Origin: Owenia fusiformis | Lineage: Eukaryota | Length of the DNA: 64,000 nucleotides | Direction: 5' to 3' | Assembly: GCA_903813345.2 (NCBI GenBank) | Contig: CAIIXF020000001.1 | Span: 44,950,001-45,014,000 of the forward strand | Part shown: in pieces, positions 35,807 to 48,682 of the stretch | How the letters are laid out: every line of letters begins with the position of its first letter | How positions within the stretch are numbered: the first letter of the stretch is position 1 | The notes under the pieces: generated by a model | What the model saw: only the letters and a program-made list of their open reading frames with translations | Database searches by the model: none | What the model was told of the DNA's origin: nothing | Translations under genes and position numbers: made by a program

Positions 35807-38800
35807 GACAAGTGAGCGATTGCAAAAGCTCACCATGTGAGCTAACAAAACGAGTGAATTTATCAAATGGAATCGTGATTATTCCAATATGTTCAAAGAG
35901 TGTCTTGGACGAGAGTTGTCTGAATATTGTTTGATCCAAGTGAAGTACCAGAAGTGGCGAAACATGCCTTATCTGAAACATTCAAAAATATCACTGAAGG
36001 TACTATTGAAAAGGTAAGATCTAAGTTTGTTGGGAAATATCTAGTGAATAATACAGAATCAATAGAGGAATGAATTAGTCCGTATGGACAAATAAAGAGT
36101 GATTAATTGGTCCTCTAACACTCGTTGATTGGCAACTCCAATCGACAGCATCATCAACTCACTAGATGAAGTGAAAACTGTTCCGATACTTGGATAAAGT
36201 TTGTACTTAACATCTGTTGACGATCTAATCTCAATAGTCTTATATTTATTTATGAATACTGGTAACACAAATGCTGTAGATCATGAGGGACACATGTTAC
36301 ATGAGGGACACCTATAATGCTACTGGCGATTGGGTCCCTCATGTATGATATGTACTTTTAATATACGTATGATTAATGGCAATAAAATCTCTTGATGAAA
36401 AAATGCTGTAGATCATTAGACGATAATATACTCTAATATTAATCAGGGACATTCATGAACAGTCAAAGTGTGCACTATACTAGTTTGATTTATAAACAGT
36501 TTTGACCTGGACCAATTTTGAATCAATTAACTAGATCGAAAATTAACCGTTCCGCCATATAATTGAATGATTTGGGATCAACGCTCTTTAGAATAAAAGC
36601 TACATGTAGGGAAATATCCATCTGTTACAAAAACTGCAAATGTAAATCTTGATTACTTTTCATAACTAATTAAAGGATTTGAGACCCTTTTTGAAAATAT
36701 GACATTTGAAAAAGGTTGTTCATCTATATATAATTTCCAAAAGTCTTCTGGCAGCTTGCACAACCCTTGAATAATGGAAGATAATGTTTTCCATTTCTTT
36801 AATTTTGTATTTGACAATCATTGAACTTATTGGATTGATATCGATATGGTGAACTAAATTCAACAATGTTTTTTTTCTTGAACCAATTATTGAAAACATT
36901 CTGTAAAAACACGATACTTTATGTAATTTTGACTGATTGACAACGTACATAAACAATATATTTAATGCGAAAATTATTTATACATATTATATATAGTTTT
37001 GGTTAACATTTTTAGTGCAATTGTTTTTTGTTCCTTTTTGCCAATTCTTGATAATGAAATAGAATATCATTCCGAAGTCTGTTGGAAGAAAATAGCATAT
37101 ACAACATTTTCTTAGACCTCTCAATATTATAGTTATACAAAGGAAATTGTGGTAAAGTATTCCAAAAATTAAAACAAAAAAAACCAAATAGATAAAAAAA
37201 TTAAGATAAACGTTTTATTTCATTAACAAGATATTTTTTTTGAATCAACCAAACTTTCCTTTGTACAATTACAATATTGAGAGACCTAAATTCGTTGTGT
37301 TTATGTCATTTTGTTCCAATATATATGAGGTTCGGATAGATATTGCTACCCTCCAAAAAATGACCATTAAATTGACGATGTATAAAATTATCAGAATTTT
37401 TTGATGACTGGTTTAAGAGAAACGTGTGTTCAAAAAGTTCACCATATCGATACCCATCCTTTCGATTATTAAGTTTATCAGTGTTGCCTTGAATCTGAAT
37501 GAGTGCAAGATGGATACCACAGCACTCTTAAAATACAATTATTTTAAGTGTCACATTTAAGCCTATATCTTTAATTGACATGTTATTTTTCAGCACCGCT
37601 GGAGTTGTATTGATTTTATTGATTTCTTCGGAAAACGTCTTCGAATGTTAATTAAGATGTTTCATTTGTCAGCATCTTTGGTTGAGATAATACTGCCTTT
37701 TATATAAATATACCATCACATACCATTGTGTTTGTAGGCTTTCCTGCTCCAACACCACACCAGGTTGCGTTCATGGCTGGTCTTTCTGAGAACATTGGAC
37801 CAGTAGATGTAAACTCTGACATTGTCTTCGATCGGATACTGACAAACCGGGGAAAGGGCTATGATGAGAATACTGGCAGGTTCACAGCTCCACATAATGG
37901 CACTTATCAGTTCTTTGTTGTAATATCCGCACAGGGTCGACAGAAGGTATGTAAACGTGTGAAATTCGCAATACTAAATGTTCACAGTGAAGGTACTTTT
38001 GTATTAATGTGGCAAATTCACGAACGTCATGCACAAACTAGTTTTTAAGGCCTGGACCCCCTTTCTATATTACAACAGTTTTCAAAGTACATAAGGAGGG
38101 AAGGGGGGGGGGGGGGTCGGTCCAAGGTCTTGATATAAGACTAGCTGAATGTTAGACATTGCCTCTTTATGCGTTTGATTATAATGTGGGATGCTGGGGT
38201 TTGGTTTTCCTTATGACTGGTTGCGCTCTTAGATGTTTCTTTTTTAGTGATTTTTAGTCTTTTCTCTACAGGGAGCTGTTTTTAAGGCCCTGGACCCCCT
38301 TTCTACTTTACAACAGTTTTCAAAGTATATAAGGAGGGAAGGGGGGGGGGGGTCGGTCCAAGGTCTTGAAGTAAGACTAGCTGAATGTTAGACATTGCCT
38401 CTTTATGCGTTTGATTATAATGTGGGATGCTGGGGTTTGGTTTTCCTTATGACTTGTTGCGCTCTTAGATGTTTCTTTTTTAGTGATTTTTAGTCTTTTC
38501 TCTATAAGGAGCTGTGCACACATATACCTATATAACTCATTTTAACAGCTTTGTTGCAGAAATCCCAAAATCTAGGTTACGGCACGGTACGACAAACCAA
38601 AGTTTGTGAATAAATATTATGTATCTTTTATTTTATTTTTCCAGGCAGCTGTGAAATTGATGCGTTCAGTGGGACTCGGAGGAAAGAAACAATCTATGAT
38701 ATTCACTGTATGGGCCGAGAGTATCCCTTACTGGGCCACTGCGACAAATACTGCCATCTTGGATCTCGAGAAAGGGGATCAGGTGTGGCTGGTGCTACTA

Positions 38801-38863
38801 GCAAGAGCACCATACCTGCACGGATACATGTACTCCACATTTACAGGGACCATACTATTCTAG
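28712..38863 (+). CDS. Secreted C1q-domain protein with short collagen stalk (C1q/TNF-related), 3 coding exons, 271 aa
   Basis: Exons 28712-29099, 37738-37946, 38645-38863. Signal peptide, K/R/D-rich segment, CSLEVRC, 10 Gly-X-Y triplets, then C1q motifs VAFMA...FDRILTNRGKGYD..TGRFTAP..GTYQF and LDLEKGDQVWL...YSTFTGTILF. Confidence 0.92.
30078..31878. mobile_element. Non-autonomous DNA transposon with TAA TSD (Zator- or PIF/Harbinger-like) and an inner inverted repeat
   Basis: TAA|GACGTGTCGCAAAAAGGT ... ACCTTTTTGCGACACGTC|TAA. Inner ~60-bp inverted repeat at 30613-30675 / 31463-31526. Confidence 0.8.
33012..35850 (-). mobile_element. HINE-like element with ~350-bp tandem units
   Basis: Subterminal IR GCTCACATGGTG (33035) / CACCATGTGAGC (35831); hairpin AGTACCGTGGGTACT at 33018; GACR microsatellites (~33655-33686 and ~35746-35809); four ~350-bp units (aaaatggctgaaaataaaaaa at ~33410, 35100, 35447). 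Confidence 0.8.
33694..35093. mobile_element. 1.4-kb insertion with TTAA TSD (Kolobok-like) nested in the HINE array
   Basis: Intact units read atgTTAActaaaatgg. Here it reads atgTTAA|AGAT...ATCT|TTAActaaaatgg, so TTAA is duplicated. The TIR match is short. Confidence 0.65.
38042..38515. repeat. Recent ~237-bp tandem duplication in the C1q gene intron
   Basis: 38042-38278 and 38279-38515 are nearly identical (ttttaaggcctggaccccc...ggagctgt). Confidence 0.9.
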
Positions 38864-39260
38864 ATACTTGATTGCAGCGGGGAGGCAGAACCGACAGTAG
38901 ACTCAATTAGAGTGAGCAGCCATAAATGTCAAGATATCTGGCGATATGTTCAGAGTAGTTCGCGATATGATCCAAGCTGGGTTACCAACCTCGAATGTAC
39001 GGACGTGTAACTTCAAACATAAAATAGTGTTCTGCATTAACTGACATTATTTTGCCAGAGGACACCATTCCATCTTGTTAGCTGTATAAGTGTTGACAAA
39101 AAGTTGCACTACGTCTGTCAAGCCATGCACTATAAACTGACACATATAGGTCGTGGTTAGACGTTTAGACAGTTTCATTAATTATAATCTGACAATAATC
39201 AGGCCTAGCAATGTAATTGTTATATATATATGTTAATGTCCATATTTGCCACACTTAGTA

Positions 39261-40175
39261 CAGGGTGTTAAAAAAAACGCAGCCCAAAGAAATCAATCGC
39301 TATATCTTGGAAAATACTAATCCAATGATGTTCATATTTTCAGGAAAGAAAGAAGAGACTGTGTATGTATAGCCCATGTTGTTAGTTAGTTGTAAAACAT
39401 GATATCTCGGACACTTGCTCAAAAGACAGATGTACTAGCAAAATACGAAAAGCATGAATAGAAAATCACTATATCTTGGAAAATACTTATTCAATTGTGT
39501 TCATTTTTTCAGGAAAAGAAAGAAGAGACTGTGTATGTATTGCTCCTGTTGTCAGTAAGTTGTAAAACATGATGCCTTGGACACCTGCTCAAATGACAGT
39601 TGTACTAAGCAAATATGAAAACGCAGTCAGAAGTGACTGCCACAGCAATAAAACCAGATAACTTTCTAACCATGGTGTTTTGGCACTTTAGCTTTGGCAC
39701 AAATTACCCTCATTCAATGTGTAGTGAGTTTGTGGAGTTTCATTAAAATCACTCTAGGGACTTTACAGTCATGGTCAAAATGGCTTCTTAAGTCTCCCTG
39801 AACCAGGGCGTTTGATTGCGATTTGAAAGCATTTCAACCATTACTGTAAAGTCCCTGAAGTGATTTTGGTTTCACTCTACAGATTTACCATACAGTGAAT
39901 GAAGATGATTTGTGCCAAATTTGAAGAGCCAGAACACTATGGTTAGGAAGTTATTTAATTTTTTTGCGGTTGCAGTCACCCCTGACTGTGTTTTTCATAT
40001 TTTCCTAGTACAAATGTCTTTTGAGCAGGTGTCCAATGCATCATGTTTTTCAACTTACCATTTACAGGATCTGTACATACACTGTCTCGTCTTTATTTCC
40101 TGAAAATATGAACATAATTGGACCAGTATTTTTCAAGATATAACGATTTCTTTGGGTTGCGTTTTTAACACCCTG
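39261..40175. mobile_element. Tc1/mariner-type MITE with long TIRs
   Basis: TA|CAGGGTGTTAAAAA...TTTTTAACACCCTG|TA. The arms pair over several hundred bp; the left arm carries a ~170-bp internal duplication. Confidence 0.88.
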
Positions 40176-40504
40176 TAGAACATTTAGCTACTTCATAAAT
40201 CATGTGAGGTATAAACGTATTTATATAAATATTCGAAAAAAGAATGTTCTAACTAAAACTGGTCTCGCTAACCACCCAAATTCACTTTTGTTTCAATCCA
40301 TAGCTGGGCATACAAAATTCTCCGTCCAAATATCTCATTATCAGTCATGCTTCAACTTACCATTTCGGAATTGTGAGATGACTGAAAAAATCACTAAGAT
40401 TTCACTCTGGAGAATTTATATCTGCTCCCTCAGTGGATAGAGGAGAAGTCAAACCATTAAGTCAAATGGAGATTCCAACCCTTTTCGTCAATTCTTGCAT
40501 ACAT

Positions 40505-41045
40505 AAGAGTTATGTTGTTGGAGGTTTTGGATATCGGGGTATACCCCGAGGAAAATATAGATATCTCACTGAGGCACCGGAGGGTCCGAGGTAAGATATC
40601 ATATTTCCAGAGGGATATACCCCATATTCAAAAGTGAACACCGTATAACTAATTTATCCTATAACAAGTGAGGCTTCACCAGTGAGGTTACCAGGACATC
40701 TAGATCTGTATCCATGTTTGTTTTCTTTTTCATTATTTTCGAGAAATCCATCATCATTTTGGTCAAGAAAAATTCGACCGTCTGCTGCATCCATTTTGAC
40801 AGTTTCTGTATAGTAAGATATTGAACAAATTGACTGTTTTTACACTAACAAAAACGAGAGCGGGAGATACACAACGGGAGATATAAATATTTGGAGGTTT
40901 TTGGGAGGTTTTTGATATGGGGTATATCCTGAAGGAAATATAGATATATTACCCAGGTCCCGGATGGTCCGAGGTAAGATATAATTTCCCGGAAAGAGAT
41001 ATACATTATATCCAAAATTGAGCATCATCACATAACTAATTTATC
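40505..41045 (+). repeat. Two copies of a ~150-bp hairpin repeat
   Basis: gaggttttggatat.ggggtata...ggtccgaggtaagatat...tataactaatttatc at ~40520-40657 and ~40905-41045. Confidence 0.7.
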
Positions 41046-42194
41046 ATTTGACAAGCTTTTGGCTGATTTTCAAGTCATTTCTGCTTCAGAGATTTCCGTT
41101 TCTTAGCTAAAGCCAAGCCTCTCTGATCTACGATTCGTAAACTTTATTAGTGAACTTAACTTAAGTATTTTTTCCGTCTGATGCCCAAATACACGCTTGC
41201 TAGCGAGATATTCTTACAAATTTGACTGTTTCTACTCTGAACAAAAACGTTTTTCTGTAATATTGAAACGGATACAACGAGAGATGCATGTAAATATACG
41301 TCCCGCTTCCCCAAGATATGAACCCGAGACGACCTCACGTGTCATAGTATAATCAACAAGATGATGTAAGACTGATTTTGTAGCGATAAATTATAAATTG
41401 ACATATTACTTCAATAGAATCAGCAGTTGGAGAGGCGTGTCATTTGAAGGAGAGCATATCACCAATACAAAGAATAAGTGATAGAGGGCAATTTTTCTAA
41501 AATTTTGACCAGAATATTTTTATCTCCGTTATTTGATAAACCTACTTTGCTATTTTAATTTTATTTCAATTTCGTTGTATTTTCCCATTCTGTGTATGTT
41601 TTAATTTAGATGCATTTTTCCATTCTGTGTTTATTTCTTTTTAAGGTCAAAGAGTTTGACATTCAATTTCTACCTTAGTAGTGTCTCTTGTAACATACAC
41701 TATACAGTATATACATGTTATAGATACGATGTAGTAAAATAATAATTGTATTTCATACACTGTACATATTGAGAACCTATTTACATGCTTCAGCCATAGG
41801 TATTATTTAACATTGTTCTACTAAATGTTTTGATACGTACGCATCCATACCATGGCAGATAAGTTTCCCCGAAATGAGCTTGATGATTTATATAGCAGGC
41901 AACTAGTTTTTTGTTGAATTCTGATGAATTACATATATAGGATGTAAATATTACTACAATAAAACCAATTTGCTTTGTTCTTTCAAGAAAGACAATTTAG
42001 TATCATGTTGTTCTTTGATCGTTGCAATATGAAAGCGTGACATGACCGCCATAAGCACGGATGCGACAGGAGACGTCGCCAATGCAACGGCAAGGAAGAG
42101 TGTGGTGTTAGTTATTCCAGCGTATTCTATTCGATGATCTAAGACCCAATTCTCTAAATGAAATTGGGGGAGGGGGGGGGGGTTGTTTTGGAGA

Positions 42195-45100
42195 TCAAAC
42201 TAGAATTCCAATATGATCGATTAAAAAGATCGAAAAGAGAACAAGAACTTGGAGTAGGGCTGAAACGGGATCCTTGACAGAGTGGCAGGCATGCGAAACA
42301 AAGCCGCATGGGTTACCAGGCATGATAGTAGTGGGAATGGGGAGCGAATCCCACTTGAGACCTCGATGGAACTCAGGTTTGGCAGACGCATCTACGTGCA
42401 CTGCTACCAGTGTCTGTATGTTACTCTCGTTACCCCCAGATGATTTGAAATACAAGGGGATCCTATCCGACCACCCATCCGCTGAAGTCCAGAACTTTAA
42501 TGGGCCGAATAGTTTCATGTAGAATCGATGCCGACCATGCAATGGGTAAAGACGAGCACGGAAATATTTATTTTGTGATATATACAATAAATCGTCCGTT
42601 GTGTTATAAGTTACTGTTATGTTCCCGAATGCTAAATGACCGTACGTTCCCGCGTACTGTCTTAACGGAATATCTGAGACATATTGCAGTTTCTGCATCG
42701 TCTCAAGTAATGAATTTCCTGAACGTCTTGCTGCTGTATCAGCTTTATGAGATGCTGGGCGTCTCCCTTCGTGGTCACTCATCCAAGGATTTGGAAATGT
42801 ACAAGCAGTCGTGTGGTTCAACCATACTTTTTCCTTTAGAAGTATATCAGAAATATAGTAATGTAAAGCTCTGAGTCCATTATATGACTCGTCATTCATA
42901 GGACCATTGGTGCTGGTGAAGATTCCGATATCACTGTCAGGGAAAACCCATATTAGAGAGTCGTAGCCATTGATTCGACCTGGATGCTGAACGTTGTGGA
43001 AGCCTTGAAATAAAAGTTTACTCTAAAATACCAGGAGGAAAAACATGTTTCCACCATATTATATAATAACATTTTTGTGCTAGAATGAAACCATATCTAT
43101 TTGTGTCAGTATGGTGATTTAAACGAATATGTGCGTCCTCTAAATATCATTAGGTTCTTAGCTTTAGAGCGTCAAAGTTACATAGTGAATAACATACCGA
43201 CACTATAAAATAAAGGCATACCCATTACCCACCTCTGTACGTGCCAGATCCCCAGCCCATGTCATAGGCAAACCTGCCTTCGGAAACGGGAAATATAGGT
43301 TTCTTTAATGTCTTCTTCCCCAACTGTAAGTTCGTAGGGAGCTGTGGTTTAAGAAGTTCCTTGAATTCCCGAAACCTAAGAAGTTCATTGTTAGCCTGGT
43401 CTAAACCTTTATTAACCACAAACAAAAGCCACTGTGCCATGTCACGAGCAGTTGAACAGATTCCTCCTGCAGGATCTGCCGGGCTGACCACTCTACAATG
43501 GTTAGACAAACTTTTAAAAAATTAGAAAGATGTCGCACTATGCTTGGTATTTGTAAGTGGAGAGATAATACAGATGTCAAAATTCTGTGATCACGGTGCC
43601 ATTATTTTGTAATGGCAAGCTAGATGGATGTACCTTAATTTTTATTTTAACGTATTCACCAGACATGGGTGTTGAGAACTTACGCAAGAATATCTGGACT
43701 TATACACTTGAGGGAATTGTTGAATGACATGTGGGGTAGAGCAAATCCTTCCAGCGTCTCGATCTCACTCACCAAGAGTGACGACGTCATCTTCAAGGGC
43801 CGCAAAATCCTCTGCTTTAGTAAGGTTTCCCACGATTTACCGGTGATAATTTCAGCGACATACCCAGCCAACATGTACATAAAGTTATTGTAGATATATT
43901 TAGAACGAAATGGCTCGTCTGTTGTGAAGTAGCGAAGTCGGCTGCAAAACAAAAAAGACATTGCAAAATGTCATCACCTACCATATATTGAGGGAGCCGA
44001 ACGCCGAACATCAACCGCCAAACACAGTCCACAAAAAGTTGGAGATTAAAACAACAGTATGTCACAACTTGTGGTGGTGACATGCCATATGTTATAATTG
44101 TTTTAGACAGTGGATGTATTAAACTCACTACAGCATAATCTTGAGAGCCCTCTCCGACCGAAGTATTGGTCACATCAAAAGCGCCACGTTGCAAGAAATT
44201 TCGAAGAAGGTCGGTCCATAGGTGCAAAGTAGGTAAGGGCCATAAGAAGGCGCCAAAAGCTTTCATTTCATCCAGGGGATTAATATTCAGTATTTTAGAG
44301 AAGGTAGCCTTTATAAAATATAAGGCATTCGATCCCAAGATCCATGACTTACATAAACTTCCAAACGCAACTAAATGCACACCGAGAAGGTGATCTGGGC
44401 TAATGGGCCTTTTTTGGCAAAAATGGGCCTTTTAAGGCCTTATTTTTAATTTTAGACCAAATTATCAGGAAAATGTGCCTTGAATTTTCAAAAGACTTTT
44501 TGCGGAATTTCCTTTTTCAGACTTCAAATATGCCCCCCCCCCTCCGGTTGTTGGTTCCTAGATCCGCCCCTGGTACCATTGCATTTCACAAGATAATTGA
44601 GGCTATCTCAACACACGATGCAGCGACGTTCGACGATGTTCTGAGATGAAGATGAAATTTTGATTTGATAAATGGAATAGCTTCGTATAAAAATGAATTG
44701 CGTGCTTGTTACTTTTGAGAATTGTTTTACCTCACTAGTTCTTTCCTGTCCACTTCCATACCACTCATCAGTGCGCCAAAGTATCCAGGGATACCCAGCT
44801 TATGAGCCAGGAGGTCTCGTATCGTCGCCTGATTTGTTCTTTCCTCATCTGCTAGATGGAAACTGTTTCCCATGATATCCCGAATTCGCGTGTCCCAAGT
44901 CAAGCTATAATATATCAAAATGTTCATATTAGAATTTTGATGTACAAAAGTTCACAAAACTTCACGGAATCTAAGATGTATTTAAGAGACAAATTTTACA
45001 ATTAACGGTACTGTGTCCAATACAATACAAGTACTTTGGACATCTTGTTTCTTCCACCAAGTGAAACGGGGCGTTGTGGACTAGAACTATCAGAAGCGAC

Positions 45101-46678
45101 ATCTTTCAATTTAATAATAACTTGAATCCATGAGAATTGACTTTACCATGTATTGGATCATTCCAGGTGTAAAGGCGTTGTTTCCCCAAATTCTCAAAAA
45201 CTGGACCAAAAGACAGAATTCATAGATCATAATATAAACAAATGGACTTGTGTTTATTGGATATGATGATTAGACCGATCCATTTCAGTTACTCGTGCTA
45301 ATTGCTAGAAGGATAAATTGAGTTTTTAACCCGGGTAACCACTATTTAGAGGATCGGCTTATTTTCTCTAAACAAATCGTATAGACTGATATGGTTAAGT
45401 AATATTTCATCGTGTGGTAAGATCTTGAGAAAAATGAACTTCTCCAAAATCTAAATTAGGAAAGATGATTGAAAGAAAATAATCCAAATTATCATTCCGT
45501 CTGAGTACTTTGGACTTAAACCTTTTCAAAGATTGTGAGTTCAGTTACAATATTGTTTCAAGAATATCTATATTGCCATATTTGATAAAATCTTATTAAT
45601 TTATTATCCTAGGACTTATTGAACAGCCTCGTGCGTGTACATATGAATGCACGCACTGTATTATTGGGATTGTTTCTTTTTATGAAATGTGTTGTTGCCT
45701 ATCAAAGAAATACTTTATGTTATTACACGGTGATAATTTCTAGCGTTGTGGAATTAATTGATGCTCTGTAGTATTTTGGTGTTAATCCGTCGTTAATCCT
45801 ACGTAGAAATCCCTGGATTATAGGGATGACGATAAAGAAGGATATCCTGGTGCCTAGATTCTTCAAGAATAACATATAGTACAAGGAACACGGAATTAAA
45901 AGTTTGAATCAATCAAATATAATAACTGATAGAAAATGATTCATTTGCAGTGACATATATCAGTAGCAATAAATAAAAGTTAACTCAACGATTTCTTTAA
46001 GTTGTTCAATAGTTAACTAAGTTGCGACCCTGAAGCATGCACTTGATGTGCAATTGACAGAAACGTCAATTAGCATTTACCAATCTGATATTTATGTTAT
46101 TTTGTTTTCCGACGTTTGGGATTTTAACCAGGTGTAAAAGGGTAGGTGGTCCTATCAAATTTTGGTCCTACTCTCTATTGATTTATATGGTGACCTAATT
46201 ATTTTCCTTATTATTTATACACAGTCAGGGCCAGTAAGGGCCGCAAGGACAGGGGACCATAATCCCAAGGGGACCATCATTTCTTTTACACGGGATTTTA
46301 TTGGATCATCATTGATCAAACTAAAACGGGATCGCTTTATACTATATCTTCTGCGTACCTTTTATTTTCTGCAATCAGCATTGCTAGAATCGTAGCAGTG
46401 AACCCCTTCGTGATTGATCCGATACAAAACGTGCTATTTTCCGTTACTGTCAATTTGCTGTAGACATCCGTCACTCCATATCCTTTAGTGAGCAGGACAT
46501 CTCGGCCCCTAACAACCGACAAAGCAAGACCAGGTATCCCGCGACATGTTAATAAGTTATTTGTGAAACTATCCAGTTCTTGTATTTCCCGCTCTGTGAA
46601 TCCCTCTGTCGTTGTTGTTCGTGTTTTCGTGAGCAACATCAAAATCACCGAGGATAACGCATTCAATGACAACGCCAT
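42195..46678 (-). CDS. Serine beta-lactamase/penicillin-binding-protein-like hydrolase, secreted with a C-terminal hydrophobic tail, 5 exons, 606 aa
   Basis: Exons 46678-46359, 44904-44731, 43941-43684, 43492-43233, 43003-42195, all phase-compatible. Motifs IPGLALSVV, FCIGSITK (SxxK), TIRDLLAHKLG, YNN (YxN), ILRPLKM, PAGGICSTARDMAQWL and HPG. Confidence 0.9.
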
Positions 46679-47750
46679 ACTGAACGCTTTACCAAACACA
46701 CAGAGACTTTCACATTGTGTTAAGTAGAGAGTCCTTTAGAAAACAGTTGCAATACCAGGCATACCTGTTCTTTAACAACTACAACGACTACTTTACTTCT
46801 CTGTGAATCCGATTTAACTTTCGCCTATAGCCAAGTGGGTATAATAAATGTAAAATAAGTATTTTATCGCCACTTAGAAGTTGATAGCAAGGTTATTTTC
46901 CCCAGATCCTACCCTTACTGTCTAACATAAACCATGAGCTAATCAGTCATGTCCAAATAAGATTTAAATATATAACTCGACATTTCCAGATGTCGTTCAA
47001 GTGATCTGCGAGTACGGTACACTCCTCGAATTATTTCTGAACTATGTCAAGTAAAACTGCGCATTTCGGACTATGTTCTTAAGTTATTGCTCGTCTGTTT
47101 GATCCTAGCTAATGCCCTTGTCTCTAGAATCACTGATTCACCCACCTAACTTGTCTTGTAATTGGTCTACAACATAATACCTTAGTTAATTGCATAATTT
47201 AGTAATTAATCTGGTTATGGTTTGCGGCCTATTGTTTCAAACAATTCCTCATCTAGGCGTCAATTCCCCAGGCATATTATTTATACACTAATCTTTGTAA
47301 ATTATGGCATTTTCAGTTATTAATTTGCGCTCGAATATATTTCTTTGAATTGTGATTTGATCTTTCGTGGATAACGTTTATGTTTATGGCCAGTTCTCCG
47401 AAAACAGTAAGCTGACATTCCTATGGAGCAATTTTCAAGTCTCGAAGACATCAAACTCGTTACTTCCACGATCCGTCAATACATGTTCACCTTAAAATAA
47501 TATTTAAATTACTATTTGTATATGCTTAACCATTGTTTTAAACCAATGTTTTGTTTGGTGCTACTTGTCATATAACCGATTTTTGCCAAAGGTTGTTCTT
47601 GTTTCCGCTGATTTCAGTGTTTCATTACGTTTCCTCGTTTTCAAGAGCAGAGATTTATCCGTCGGCATTTCATGTGTCACCAAACAAATAACAGGTTTAA
47701 ACTCACAACGTTTTTCATCTCCCGACTCTGGACCTGAGTGTATTTCTTAA

Positions 47751-48114
47751 AGATGCAACAATAAGTGCAGAGGGGCCATTTAACGACCATCGACCAGTGT
47801 CAAAATATATTTAAGTTTGGATATTTCACCAAGACTAACATATATTTTTATATTCTACAAAGAAACCACCTGGAAAAACATTATTTCAGCTGATATCCAC
47901 TTGAAACCCGGGCTTGAAACGTGGTGGATCTTATAAATCTATAACTGGGACCCCTTTATAGAAGCTTTGAACTGAATTGACACTTTTTAATGCTGAAATT
48001 GATAGTTTATCCATTCATTTTAAGAAAATAGGTATGTCAAAGAAGATATTTTTTAAATGATAGCTCAGAAAAAGTAAAAAGTTTCGAATTTTCCATACAG
48101 GCCTTGTTGCCCCT
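47751..48114. mobile_element. Kolobok-like MITE
   Basis: TTAA|AGATGCAACAA ... TTGTTGCCCCT|TTAA. Confidence 0.65.
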
Positions 48115-48682
48115 TTAATTTGAAAAATCAACTTTATTTTGACATTATGATTTATGGCTTATGAGGCTCTACTGTGTTAATTAAGACTTGAGTAGACAAG
48201 ATCCTAGTAGAAACAATCATAAAAATGATCATTACTAAATATTCAAAAAGTCAAAGTGATACTTTTATATATCTACATGTAGAATAACATCCACAAATGA
48301 AGTTTTATCAGCTTCGAAAAAACGATTTCTCGGTCAGGTGGATTCCTCATAGAATCCAAATATAAAATGGAAATAAAAAATATGCCTTTGTATTGAACGG
48401 ATCATAATTTCTTCATAATTTCAACGACTGATTCTATGAGGCTCAAAAAGGATTTGATTGATGATATTGGGAAAAAGAGTTGTTTCATTTCTTAGGGTCT
48501 ACAAGTTATAGATACATTCAAGATCGTAACCGAAGCTCACACACTACTCAGATTGTCAACATTATGTTATGTTTTGACAATATCTTTATTGAACATTTCA
48601 AAAATATGTTTAGCATACAACGTTAACTATCCTTCACTTAGATATATGTCCAGGAGCTAGGTCCCCCAGCCTTTTAACAGAT

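Noticed and set aside
43817..44380. 187-aa minus-strand ORF
   Set aside because: Mostly intronic, out of frame with the beta-lactamase-like exon, and no recognisable motif.
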